Shown one piece after another: positions 51,432 through 60,423 of a stretch of 64,000 nucleotides of DNA. Both the position numbers and the translations under genes were made by a program. The DNA lies in the NCBI GenBank assembly GCA_963827275.1, contig CAWHAA010000009.1:104923-168922 (forward strand), given 5' to 3'. Each line of letters opens with the position of its first letter. Position 1 is the first letter of the stretch. The notes below the pieces were generated by a model, which saw only the letters and a list, made by a program, of their open reading frames with translations, was not told the origin of the DNA and did no database searches. The DNA is from an uncultured Spirochaetota bacterium. GTDB taxonomy: Bacteria; Spirochaetota; UBA4802; UBA5550.

Positions 51432-52107
51432 GGCGCGTCTCCTCCAGCAGCTCTTCAATGTTCCTGCGGACCGGGGTGTCGATAGAGCTCCTGATTGTAT
51501 TAAGGATTTTTGAGAACAGGTACTTTGAATTATCGATGCCGAGGGTTTTGTCGATCTCGCGGAAGCTCCTGCCGTCCTCGATCCTGAGCCGGAAGATGCA
51601 ATGGTCCAGGACGTCCAGCCTGCCGACCTCCCGGGAAATCATGTCCGCCGCCTGGGCGACGAGCGCCTCCTCTTCGTTCCGTATGAGCTGGAGCGCAGGA
51701 TCGCCGGCGAACAGGTCCGGCCCCAAATCCTCGGAGGAAAGGCCCCGGAGCCTGTCCGTGTCGTCGATTGTGGTGGTCAAACGCTTCTTTCGTATCTCGG
51801 AACGCAGGTAGTCGATGGTCGCGTTGCCGCACAGTACCGTCAGGTATGTCTTGAAGGAAGACCCTCCCCTGAACTGGCGCACCTTTTTGCAGTTGTTCTC
51901 CGCGAGCTTCATAATGACATACCCGTAGCAATCGTTCGTGTCGTCTTCGGAAAAACCTGCTGATTCCATTTTGGTCCGAACGATTGTATAGATGTATTCG
52001 CCATAGGCGCGGTATATGCGGTCAAGGACCTCGGTGTCAGAGAGTGATCCGATCTCTTCCGGGCTGTCAAGGGACCCGGGATCTGTATGGGAAGGGTTCT
52101 GTCGCAT
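51421..52107 (-). CDS. ECF-type RNA polymerase sigma factor
   Basis: Region 2 F.G.SSFKTYL......IDYLR and region 4 HTH; overlaps the anti-sigma gene. Confidence 0.82.
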   Translation of the reverse strand: MRQNPSHTDPGSLDSPEEIGSLSDTEVLDRIYRAYGEYIYTIVRTKMESAGFSEDDTNDCYGYVIMKLAENNCKKVRQFRGGSSFKTYLTVLCGNATIDYLRSEIRKKRLTTTIDDTDRLRGLSSEDLGPDLFAGDPALQLIRNEEEALVAQAADMISREVGRLDVLDHCIFRLRIEDGRSFREIDKTLGIDNSKYLFSKILNTIRSSIDTPVRRNIEELLEETRHGN

Positions 52108-52272
52108 GGCCTGGTAAATACTGATGAATTGCTAATGAATGATAGTATCGCACTCTTGAAAATTACAGGCCCCCTGTCAAGATATAATTTGCGGTGGGAC
52201 CATGACACGGCTGCCGGATGGCTCCGATGCTGGCGTTTTTTAGCGCGGGCGAGGGACGCGCGTCCCGGGCTG

Positions 52273-52452
52273 TTATGATTTGCACAGGTACAGGTTTGCA
52301 TTGCCGCGACCCTGGCGTATGGTAGTGTTTATGGTGTTCGACGGATGCCGTCTCTGCCTGCCGGCCGGAACCCTGGCAATCCGGATGAGCTGTTTCATTG
52401 CGTGGCCGATAATCAGCACCAGCATAATAGTGCTGCTGGCCAGCGTCAGCAT
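52273..52452 (-). CDS. Possible small membrane-anchored peptide (59 aa)
   Basis: GGAG SD, hydrophobic N-terminus MLTLASSTIMLVLIIG; no recognisable family. Confidence 0.25.
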   Translation of the reverse strand: MLTLASSTIMLVLIIGHAMKQLIRIARVPAGRQRRHPSNTINTTIRQGRGNANLYLCKS

Positions 52453-52810
52453 ACTCCGTTCCAGGTACCGGGTCCCCGCGCCGCGCTTTTTCCTCCTGGC
52501 GGGCGTATGCCCGGGCGCCGCGTTGCCGGAATCGCAGCAGAGCCGGAGACTGTTTTGCCGCGTTTTCGCCTCTGCGTCGGCCCACATCGAAAACGGGGCG
52601 CTTCCCTTCGCGTGATCCGTATTAATCAGTATCAGCGACATATCGGTTGTACCCCCACTGGCATTCAGATCCGGTCGTGGTGGCGATGACCGGCGGGGCA
52701 AACGGCCCCGTATATACTATTAGACGACGCTGCGGGCGTAATGGGAAAATTATTCTTTAGAGTGCGTCCCAAAACCCGGGGCGCGTTCTTATTGAAATCG
52801 ACTGGCATGA

Positions 52811-52849
52811 GAAAGAAACGGCCGGTCTGCTCACTGCAAACCGGCCGTT
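52811..52849 (-). terminator. Rho-independent terminator after the lipoprotein gene
   Basis: Minus strand AACGGCCGGTTTGCAGTGAGCAGACCGGCCGTT followed by TCTTTC. Confidence 0.7.
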
Positions 52850-52882
52850 GATTAAGGCAGGATACAATGCGGTTTATGCGCA

Positions 52883-53671
52883 TCAATTGTTAAAGAGAAT
52901 CGGGGATATGTTCACGGATACGATCGGCAATTCAAAAGCGAACGTATCCAGCACCGTTATCCCGTTTGCAGCATACACGGTCACGTTCGATTGAAGCGTG
53001 GTCGGTCCGACCGCCGTTGCGACAATGTCCAGTGACTGATGATAATCCACCACCGTGCCGCTGAAGACATCGACATCCCATTCAAAGTTAAACGTTCCGG
53101 CTCCCGTTGCGGGGCTCCAGTCCGAGAAATCGAATTTCCAGTCGACCTCCTGCACCGGGACATTGAACTCGCTGTTCTTTTCATTCATATAATAGTAGCC
53201 GCTTACCAGCCCGTTTTCGTCCATGGCGATATACAGGTGGTCCTGGTACGAAAAGTCGGTCACCATGTCTTTATAGGTGATGGTCAGCTGATACTCAAAC
53301 GCGTTCGCCGGCACATCCCTGCGGATCTTCAGTGTCATGCTGAACCCGTGCACATCGACATAGTGGTTGGTCCACCATCCTTCCAGGTCCGGACCGCGCC
53401 ATACGCCCCGGTAGGGGTTAAACAGTATGGCGCCCGGCGCCAGCGGTTCCTCAATCTCTCCCTGTACCACGGCCCTGCCGCCTATGCCGAGCAGCGACGA
53501 CTGGACGACCTGGGCTTCCGAAGCCATTGCCGCGGCGTTCTGGCTCATGCTCGCCATCAATAATGCCATGTTCGTGGCTTCCTCGTCGCTGTATATGTTG
53601 TTCTCACAACCGGCGAGCGCGCCCGCCATGATAACGGCTGAAAGGTAAATGAGTATTCTGTTTTTTTTCAT
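52883..53671 (-). CDS. Hypothetical beta-rich lipoprotein
   Basis: Lipobox LAGC; GGAGGG SD. Confidence 0.75.
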   Translation of the reverse strand: MKKNRILIYLSAVIMAGALAGCENNIYSDEEATNMALLMASMSQNAAAMASEAQVVQSSLLGIGGRAVVQGEIEEPLAPGAILFNPYRGVWRGPDLEGWWTNHYVDVHGFSMTLKIRRDVPANAFEYQLTITYKDMVTDFSYQDHLYIAMDENGLVSGYYYMNEKNSEFNVPVQEVDWKFDFSDWSPATGAGTFNFEWDVDVFSGTVVDYHQSLDIVATAVGPTTLQSNVTVYAANGITVLDTFAFELPIVSVNISPILFNN

Positions 53672-53909
53672 GAACAGACCCTCCCTGAAAAATTTAATTT
53701 ATAAGACCCTTTAACCCTCATTCTCCATCAAACGGACCGAAAACTCCCATTTGATAACGTGAAGATCGCCTTTTCCTGGCCTTCAACATACTCTTAGACG
53801 ACATGAGGATTGATTTGGGAAAAAATTTTACTCTGACACCCTCCCGGCCGCCGAACTCCCCCCTGTCCCCCGAAGGGGGCACGAATGAAGAAACTTTTTG
53901 TAGGGTAAT

Positions 53910-54401
53910 ATGAATAAAGGTATTAAAACGCCTGACTATGTTGTGCAGCTGGCAAGAGACATGAGGAATAATCTAACCGCCAGTGAACATTTATTATGGG
54001 AGAGGTTGAAGAGAAAACAGCTTGAAGGATATACATACAGATGCCAGCATCCGATATATCGCTACATCCTTGATTTTTACTCTGATGAAAAGCTTCTGGC
54101 GATTGAATTGGATGGCGATATTCATAATGAAAGATAAGACTATGATGAGTATCGTGATGAATTTATGAAGAGTCTTGGGATAAAAAGATTGCGATTTGAC
54201 AATGATGAAGTCGTGAAAAACATCAATTCAGTTATAGATAAAATTATGTTAGAACTGATCCTGCAGCTCAATTGCCATCTAAAATTCCTCGATTTAAAGC
54301 GTTTTGATGAAGAACGGAACAAGCTGTTGTGGGTTTCGGCGTGGTATGAGGTCAAAAGGAATACTGTATCAATTTCTGGATTGAATGCCTTTTTTGAATG
54401 A
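53910..54401 (+). pseudogene. DUF559 (Vsr-like) endonuclease with internal TAA (54135-54137), 3' end running into repeat copy 1
   Basis: AR.MR.N.T.SE..LW..L...QL.G...R.QHPI..YILDFY....LAIELDG..H, then RD.FM...GI..LRF.N in the same frame. Confidence 0.8.
54264..54401 (+). repeat. Island repeat copy 1 (5'-truncated)
   Basis: Matches the 3' 138 bp of copies 2-4 (CAGCTCAATTGCCATCTAAAATTCCTC...TTTGAATGA). Confidence 0.9.
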
Positions 54402-54450
54402 TTTGAAAGTCGGGCAAATGTATGGACCAGTTGCCCGACATGTTGTCAAT

Positions 54451-54783
54451 TTAATCTTTTTCGTTGCTTATTACCCGATCAGCCTTGCCTGTTTTCAACG
54501 GTATGATTTTACGATATTCGCTCTCCCTGGCCTTCATCGCGTCCCACAGCTGAACATCGGTCTGGAGTCCCATCCAGAATTCAACTGTTGTGTGGAAGAG
54601 CCGGGAAAGGCGTATCGCGGTGTCCGGAGTGATGGCGCGTTTCCCGGAGATGATCTCATTGACCCGGACCCTGGTTATGCCGAGACGCTCCGCCAGCTGC
54701 TGCTGGGTAAGTCCGAGCGGCTCTATGAATTCATATTTCAGGATTTCTCCCGGAGGTGTGGGTCTTCTATTCTTTGGTAACAT
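54451..54783 (-). CDS. higA: HigA-family antitoxin (XRE HTH)
   Basis: PPGEIL..EFIEPLGLTQ..LA..LG.....VNEI..GKRAIT..TA.RL...F.TT.EFW..LQ. Confidence 0.9.
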   Translation of the reverse strand: MLPKNRRPTPPGEILKYEFIEPLGLTQQQLAERLGITRVRVNEIISGKRAITPDTAIRLSRLFHTTVEFWMGLQTDVQLWDAMKARESEYRKIIPLKTGKADRVISNEKD

Positions 54784-54799
54784 AGTTGTGCTCCTTTGC

Positions 54800-55083
54800 T
54801 CAATGATATTGAACGAGCTCGACATTATAGGCATCGTGTTCCCTGAATTCAAAACAGAGGCGCCATGGTCCGTTTATCGATATGGCCCACTGTCCCTGCC
54901 GGTCGCCAGAAAGGGGATGAAGCCTGTTCGATGGTGGCGCACTAAGGTCAATCAGGTCGTATGCCCTGTTAAGCATGTCGAGCTTCCTTGAATAAGGCGA
55001 TCGGCAATTTCAGACGGCACCTTTTTGTTGCGGCCGTTGTTCCAGAATTCCTCCAGCCATTTATGCTTGAAATGCCGTATCAT
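54800..55083 (-). pseudogene. higB: HigB/RelE-family toxin, one frameshift near 54990
   Basis: MIRHFKHKWLEEFW..G, then in the shifted frame KLDML..A..L.DL..PPSNRLHPL.GDR.GQW.I.INGPWRLCF.F....A..VE..QYH. Confidence 0.85.
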
Positions 55084-55195
55084 TATTACAATGTAATGAG
55101 TCATATGACATATGACAAGTATTTTATTTATCGGGGTTATATTAACGGGCATAAAAAGGAGGCTTTGATGTAATGCTATTTGAGCCGGTGGCTAT

Positions 55196-55455
55196 AAACA
55201 GAACAGCCCGAACCTGACGGTTAGGGCTGTGTAAGCGGCTGCGGGCCAAAAACGACACGGGTCGAACTTTTTCCGCATCCCACGAGCTGCCGAAACAGGC
55301 TGGTGCAACGGGAATACAGCTCAATTGCCATCTAAAATTCCTCAATTTAAAGCGTTTTGATGAAGAACGGAACAGGCTGGTGTGGGTTGTCGGCGTATTA
55401 TGAGGTTAATAGGAATAATTTACCAGTTTCTAGATTGAATGCTTTTTTTGAATGA
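55196..55455 (+). repeat. Island repeat copy 2 (~260 bp)
   Basis: Hairpin ACAGCCC-GAACC-TGAC-GGTT-A-GGGCTGT plus conserved body. Confidence 0.92.
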
Positions 55456-55641
55456 TAAGAATACAGTCATAATAAAAATTTGCGAGTATACAAGAACTAT
55501 ATTTCAAACCAGCGACATGAGAGGAAATGGAAAATAGTTGCCATAATTGATGGTCGGGTATATTATATAAACAAAAATCGATTTACAAAATTATAAACAA
55601 AGTAAAAAATAAACCAGGAATATGCAAGAGGTGATAGCATC

Positions 55642-55878
55642 GTGAAAGCAATAAAAAAATCGGTAATAATGAAGAGCTCCGGCAGAATAACGCTGTCCGG
55701 TCTTCCTTTTAAAAAAGGAGAAAAATTAGAGGTGATTGTTTTCGCAGATGAAAAGAGGAGCGCTCTTGCCAAGGAAATGAAGTCACTGTTTAAGGAAACC
55801 CAAAAGCTTCCAGTAATAAAAAAAATATCTGAAGCGGACATTATTAAGGAAATACAGGATTACAGATCCGGAATATGA
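55642..55878 (+). CDS. Putative antitoxin of a PIN-family TA pair
   Basis: 78 aa, beta-rich N-terminus (L..LPF..GE..EVIV), C-terminal I.EI..YR; overlaps the PIN start. Confidence 0.65.
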   Translation: MKAIKKSVIMKSSGRITLSGLPFKKGEKLEVIVFADEKRSALAKEMKSLFKETQKLPVIKKISEADIIKEIQDYRSGI

Positions 55879-56289
55879 AGGTGGTCATAGATACAAATGT
55901 ATTGGTCTCCGCCATTATCAAGGATAAAACACCGGAAAAAGTTATACTCTTCATTGTTGAACATCCTGATATAGAATGGGTGGTAACTCGCAAGATAATC
56001 AAAGAGTACAAGAATGTACTTTCACGTCCTAAATTCAATCTCCCCGTACAATATTTTAAAGCATTGGTTTTCTCTCATTGATGGTGCCACGAAGCGCATT
56101 GAAACTTCAATAAAAATTAAGTTTCCACGCGATCAAAAAGATGCTTCGTTTCTGGAATGTTCGATCGATTCGGATGCTGATTATTTGATAACCGGCGATA
56201 AGGATTTTATCGGAGCACGGAGACTTTTAAATACGACAATATTATCGGTTTCTCAATTTGAAAAACTTGTATGCACTAGATTAAAATAG
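55875..56289 (+). pseudogene. PIN-domain toxin (PIN_3 type), one frameshift near 56050
   Basis: VVIDTNVLVSA, I..EY..VL.RPKF, then RD.KD..FLE......ADYLITGDKDF in the shifted frame. Confidence 0.85.
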
Positions 56290-56336
56290 AAGTCACATAT
56301 TATAAATAACATAGCCGTCGGCAAATGCCTGCATAT

Positions 56337-56596
56337 AAAACAACACAGCCCGAACCAAGTGGTTTGGGCTGTGTAAGCGGTTGCGGGCCAAAAACGACAC
56401 GGGTCGAACTTTTTCAGCGTCCCACGAGCTGCCAAAACAGGCTGGTGCAACGGGAATACAGCTCAATTGCCATCTAAAATTCCTCAATTTAAAGCGTTTT
56501 GATGAAGAACGGAACAGGCTGGTGTGGATTTCGGCGTGTTATGAGACCAATAGGAATAATGTATCAATTTCTGGATTGATTGCTTTTTTTGAATGA
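56337..56596 (+). repeat. Island repeat copy 3 (260 bp)
   Basis: Colinear with copies 2 and 4. Confidence 0.92.
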
Positions 56597-56626
56597 ATTT
56601 CCAATATCATACAATATCAACGAGGG

Positions 56627-56721
56627 TTGCCCAACAATATTGGAGAAATTCAGATTTGTTGGGCAAATCCTGCTTGACTGGTTGCCCAACAATATGTATA
56701 TTATTGGATAATGTTGGGCAA
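56627..56721 (+). promoter_or_regulatory. Sigma70 promoter overlapped by two inverted operator pairs
   Basis: TTGACT(56674)-N17-TATATT(56697); TTGCCCAACA-N20-TGTTGGGCAA at 56627-56666 and again at 56682-56721. Confidence 0.7.
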
Positions 56722-56736
56722 TAAAGGGTTATCGCC

Positions 56737-57052
56737 ATGAGTACGATAAAAGAAGTTCTTAAAGAAGAACTTGCAAGGCTGAAGAGGCTTAATGGACGTT
56801 ATATCCATGATATAGCAAAACTGCCTTCAGGATCATTGTCAATAAAATCCAGGAAGGGCAATGAATATGCCTACAGGGCATACCGCAGCAATGAATAAAG
56901 TAAAAACCGATTATATAGGACCGGCCGATTCTGATGATGTTAAAAAGCTGAAAGAGAAGATCACAAAGCGAAAGAAATTGGAATCGTTACTGAAGACCAC
57001 CAATGAGCAGATCACCGAGATAGAGAGGTCTTTGCGTGGAAAAAAGATTTGA
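56737..57052 (+). pseudogene. Small basic partner/antitoxin of the nucleotidyltransferase, one frameshift near 56895
   Basis: MSTIKEVLKEEL.RL...LP.GSL..K...G..YAY..YR, then KV...YIG plus coiled coil in the shifted frame; overlaps the next gene. Confidence 0.65.
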
Positions 57053-57719
57053 GCTGTTTCATAAAGTCATAATCAAACTTGGTGAAACCGGTGTTTTAAC
57101 GGATATTATTCTCATCGGCAGCTGGTGCCTTTATTTGTATCGCAATGTATTTAAAGATGCCGATACCATGCCGGCGGTTAGAACTGTAGATCTGGATTTC
57201 CTTGTGCCCAATCCTCCGAAGATCAAACATAAAGTTGATATTACAAGGATACTTGAGGAACTCGATTTCGTTGAAGAATTTTCCCATCTCAGCGGCAATT
57301 CAAAATTCGTTCATCCTGACCTTGAGGTGGAGTTTATTATTCCGGAGAAGGGCAGGGGCAAAGACGGTCCGCATATCATCAAGGAAATCAATGTGCGCGC
57401 TCAGGGCCTGCGATATGTGGATCTATTGCAAGAATACACCATAATAATTCCGTTTGAAAATTATCCGGTAAAAGTGCCGGAGCCATCTGCCTTTGTCTTG
57501 CATAAGATACAGGTGAGCGGCAGAAGAAGTAAGAAAGAGAAAAGGGTTAAGGACCTGGAAACAGCCACAGGTCTGGGTGAATATCTGTTAACTCGCGACG
57601 ATCAGATTGTAAAGATGCAGGATATTTATAGGAGTCTTCCGGTTAAATGGAGGAAGGAGATCCTGGAGATAGCGAAAGAACATTCAGAGAGTATTTATAA
57701 GATTCTGCATGAGAAATGA
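57036..57719 (+). CDS. GSU2403-like nucleotidyltransferase-fold protein (AbiEii-like putative toxin)
   Basis: LIGSW, RTVDLDF, VEF..P, P.P.AF.LHK and K..KD motifs. Confidence 0.75.
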   Translation: MEKRFELFHKVIIKLGETGVLTDIILIGSWCLYLYRNVFKDADTMPAVRTVDLDFLVPNPPKIKHKVDITRILEELDFVEEFSHLSGNSKFVHPDLEVEFIIPEKGRGKDGPHIIKEINVRAQGLRYVDLLQEYTIIIPFENYPVKVPEPSAFVLHKIQVSGRRSKKEKRVKDLETATGLGEYLLTRDDQIVKMQDIYRSLPVKWRKEILEIAKEHSESIYKILHEK

Positions 57720-57743
57720 CACTTGTTCATAACGCATAGGCTG

Positions 57744-58003
57744 AAAACAACACAGCCCGAACCAAATGGTTTGGGCTGTGTAAACGGCTGCGGGCCAAAA
57801 ACGACACGGGTCGAACTTTTTCACCTTCCCACGAGCTGCCCAAACAGGCTGGTGCAACGGGAATACAGCTCAATTGCCATCTAAAATTCCTCAATTTAAA
57901 GCGTTTTGATGAAGAACGGAATAGGCTGGTGTGGGTTTCGGCGTGTTATGATGTCGCTAAACAAGATATGAAAATATCCGGGTTGATAGCTTTCTTTGAA
58001 TGA
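57744..58003 (+). repeat. Island repeat copy 4 (260 bp)
   Basis: Colinear with copies 2 and 3; more diverged in the last ~50 bp. Confidence 0.92.
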
Positions 58004-58353
58004 TTATAATTATTAGTATTCAAGAACGATTTTCGAACTTGTTAACAAACCTGCGATAGGTGAGATGAGATATGAACCGAAATGAACCATTTTGAACCAT
58101 CAAATTATATTGCCAACATAATACAAAATAGAATATACAAATAAAAACTAATGTGACATAATCCTTTTTTGATTTTTTCATCTTGCACGCAGTAGTGTTT
58201 CACAAATTATTTTTTATGTGACTTGTTCTTCATCTGTCATCGCTTCATATGTAAAAATAATCTGAATTATTTATTTCGCCACTTACTAATATTTAAATGA
58301 ATCCGCCACTTTTGACAGGTTCATAATTTAAATATTACGTGAGGAGAATTTAT

Positions 58354-58995
58354 ATGAAAAAGATTGTGAAGAAAGCTAAAAGTAAAAGACTTAACTGGAG
58401 TATGATTAAATCATACTATGTCATGGGTCTGCCCCTGGACTACATTTCAAGAAAGTATGGGATCTCCATCGAGACCTTGCGCACCAGAAGGAAACGTGGG
58501 AAGTGGGAGGAAGAAAAGAAGGCAGTTTGAAGCAGAGTCTTTTTAAAGGCAAAGGATGTCTATATGAATTGTCTTGTCGAACATCAAGTCAGATCACGAG
58601 AAAGATATGTTAAATACTATATCGAAGCATCCCATAAAACCATTGGAATGATGGATAACTGTGAGGATCCAAAGTCGCTGGTCATGTTGATGAATTCGCT
58701 AGAGCAATGTCAGTCTGGGGAGTTTAAGGCGTTAGCTATCACAGATAAGACAAATGAATATCTTTTCCGCCAGGTCGATCATCGTGAGATCAATGATGAA
58801 TCCCAGCAGCAGGTTCATATTATTGATAAGGCTATTGAAAATCTCAGAAATGACAAGGAGAACGTCATTAAGTTTTTCAAGGTATTGTATGAATATGGAC
58901 GACTTAAAGGGGTCGATATTCAAGCATTATTGGATGAAAAGGTTAAAGCAGAAGAGAATGGGTCAGAAGAGAAGAAGCCTGAGGAACGACACTGA
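58354..58995 (+). pseudogene. Phage terminase small subunit-like HTH protein with in-frame TGA (58528-58530)
   Basis: NW..IK..Y..G.....IS.KYGIS..TL..R..R.KW; downstream ORF 58564-58995 is in the same frame. Confidence 0.5.
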
Positions 58996-59167
58996 TCATT
59001 CGGCCCAAACAATTCTATTTGCCTCAAGAATCTGGTTCCCGTGTATACTGGCAGGGGAACCAGATTCTAATTATTTTTACACTGAAAAATTATTACGATG
59101 TGACACTATTTGTCATGGTACATTCTATACTATTTATTAAGATGGTTATTCAAGGAGAATTGATGGT

Positions 59168-59482
59168 ATGATGAAAGCATATATAACTTTTTGCGAGCCC
59201 CAGGATGAATTCGAGCATCAGCTTGTAGTGCATGAGAATCTTCTACAAGAAGAAGAGATCTTTTTCGCCGGTCCCTCCCATTCATGCGATCTTTGCGGAG
59301 CTTCGTTCAATAATAAACGGCTTATGCTGGACGCATGCCTTGATAGTGAAAAGAATGCATGGGGTTGCATCTGCTCCAGATGCTTTATTAAATATGCCTG
59401 TAAGATGGGTCCGGGAAAAGGACAAATGTTTACTCATCTTCAAAGCGGCGAGTGGCTTTTAACGGCTGGATACAATCAATAA
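59168..59482 (+). CDS. Small Cys-rich zinc-ribbon hypothetical protein (phage-like)
   Basis: CDLC...DA...WGCICSRCF...GPGKGQ; AAGGAG SD. Confidence 0.6.
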   Translation: MMKAYITFCEPQDEFEHQLVVHENLLQEEEIFFAGPSHSCDLCGASFNNKRLMLDACLDSEKNAWGCICSRCFIKYACKMGPGKGQMFTHLQSGEWLLTAGYNQ

Positions 59483-59535
59483 TTTGTAGTTGCAATGTTT
59501 CATCGTTATCAGACATATTGTGTTTCCAATTGTAT

Positions 59536-60249
59536 TTACAAAATTGATAGTGGTGGTGGTTCGGGGATATTGATGTACTTAAAACGTTCTAACCAAATCT
59601 TCCGAATCATTGGCGCTATGTTATTTTTAAATTCTTTATATGTGAATTCGTCACTTTTTGCGTTATTGCACCAGTAACAACATAGTACCATGTTCCCAGA
59701 CTCGTATCCTTTATTGGGTTCTTTCTGATCAATCTCTATTGAATGACCTCGATTGTAAAATCGTTTGGTATAAAAGCGTTGCGGATTATTGAAATCACCT
59801 TTTGTTGTTTCTATAATCTTATCAATATTATTTTTTGTTATACCACAATAATGACATTGAGGTGAACCATCGGCCTTTATACTTTGATCATAAAGCCTCT
59901 TAATATCTTCTTTAATATTTGAATTGTTAAAATCATTTTTGAAATATTCTTTGATTATAGTATTAAATGTTTCACCGAAATGTTTATTGAAGATCTCATC
60001 AATTTTATCAATATTATCTTCTGCATCTTTATCGGATTTAAGTTGCCATGAGTAAGTATACTCATTTTCTTTGTTATTATCTAAATTAAAATTTATAAAA
60101 TCATCATAGGTTATTGTTGATACATCTTTTCTAGTTGTATCGTTATTGATCCCGTGAATTAAAGTATGGTAAAAAAATATCTCTAGTTTTCTTTTTAATG
60201 TTTTTTTGCATAGTTCTTTTGCCTTTCTTTCTATTTCTTTATCGTTCAT
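59536..60249 (-). CDS. HNH-type endonuclease, very AT-rich
   Basis: CHYCG...IEIDQKEPNKGY..GN.VLCCYWCNNAKSD. Confidence 0.75.
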   Translation of the reverse strand: MNDKEIERKAKELCKKTLKRKLEIFFYHTLIHGINNDTTRKDVSTITYDDFINFNLDNNKENEYTYSWQLKSDKDAEDNIDKIDEIFNKHFGETFNTIIKEYFKNDFNNSNIKEDIKRLYDQSIKADGSPQCHYCGITKNNIDKIIETTKGDFNNPQRFYTKRFYNRGHSIEIDQKEPNKGYESGNMVLCCYWCNNAKSDEFTYKEFKNNIAPMIRKIWLERFKYINIPEPPPLSIL

Positions 60250-60423
60250 GTATTACTCCTGGAAATAGTATTATTCAATAAAATAATGAGCTTCAGTCTT
60301 TTTAATTGCTGAAGTAGCATTTATCAAAGGTATATTATTTAATTTAACAAGGTGGTCTTGTTTAGTCTGCTGTATATAAAAAAACTTGGGTATACTTTTT
60401 TGCATAATGATTGCAAATTATAG

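Noticed and set aside
52163..52886. Several overlapping 70-140 aa ORFs between the sigma factor and the lipoprotein
   Set aside because: No recognisable motifs or coding pattern; only a weak 59-aa candidate was kept, at low confidence.
56376..56412. Intact tRNA gene within the island repeat
   Set aside because: GTTCGA and CCCGCAACC occur on the minus strand, but the spacing is too long and no cloverleaf can be drawn.
55142..56487. Minus-strand ORFs MRNFRWQLS... and the short MAIELYSR... peptide in the repeats
   Set aside because: Lengths and stops differ between copies, and substitutions are synonymous mainly in the + frame.
54264..58003. Classical integron attC array
   Set aside because: Only copy 4 shows a complementary TCATAAC (57727) / GTTATGA (57945) pair. 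The repeat is not a long palindrome, similarity continues about 50 bp past the putative crossover, and no intI is visible. Not fully excluded without IntegronFinder.
58528..58530. Selenocysteine UGA in the HTH gene
   Set aside because: No SECIS-like hairpin downstream and no redox motif context; a nonsense mutation is more likely.
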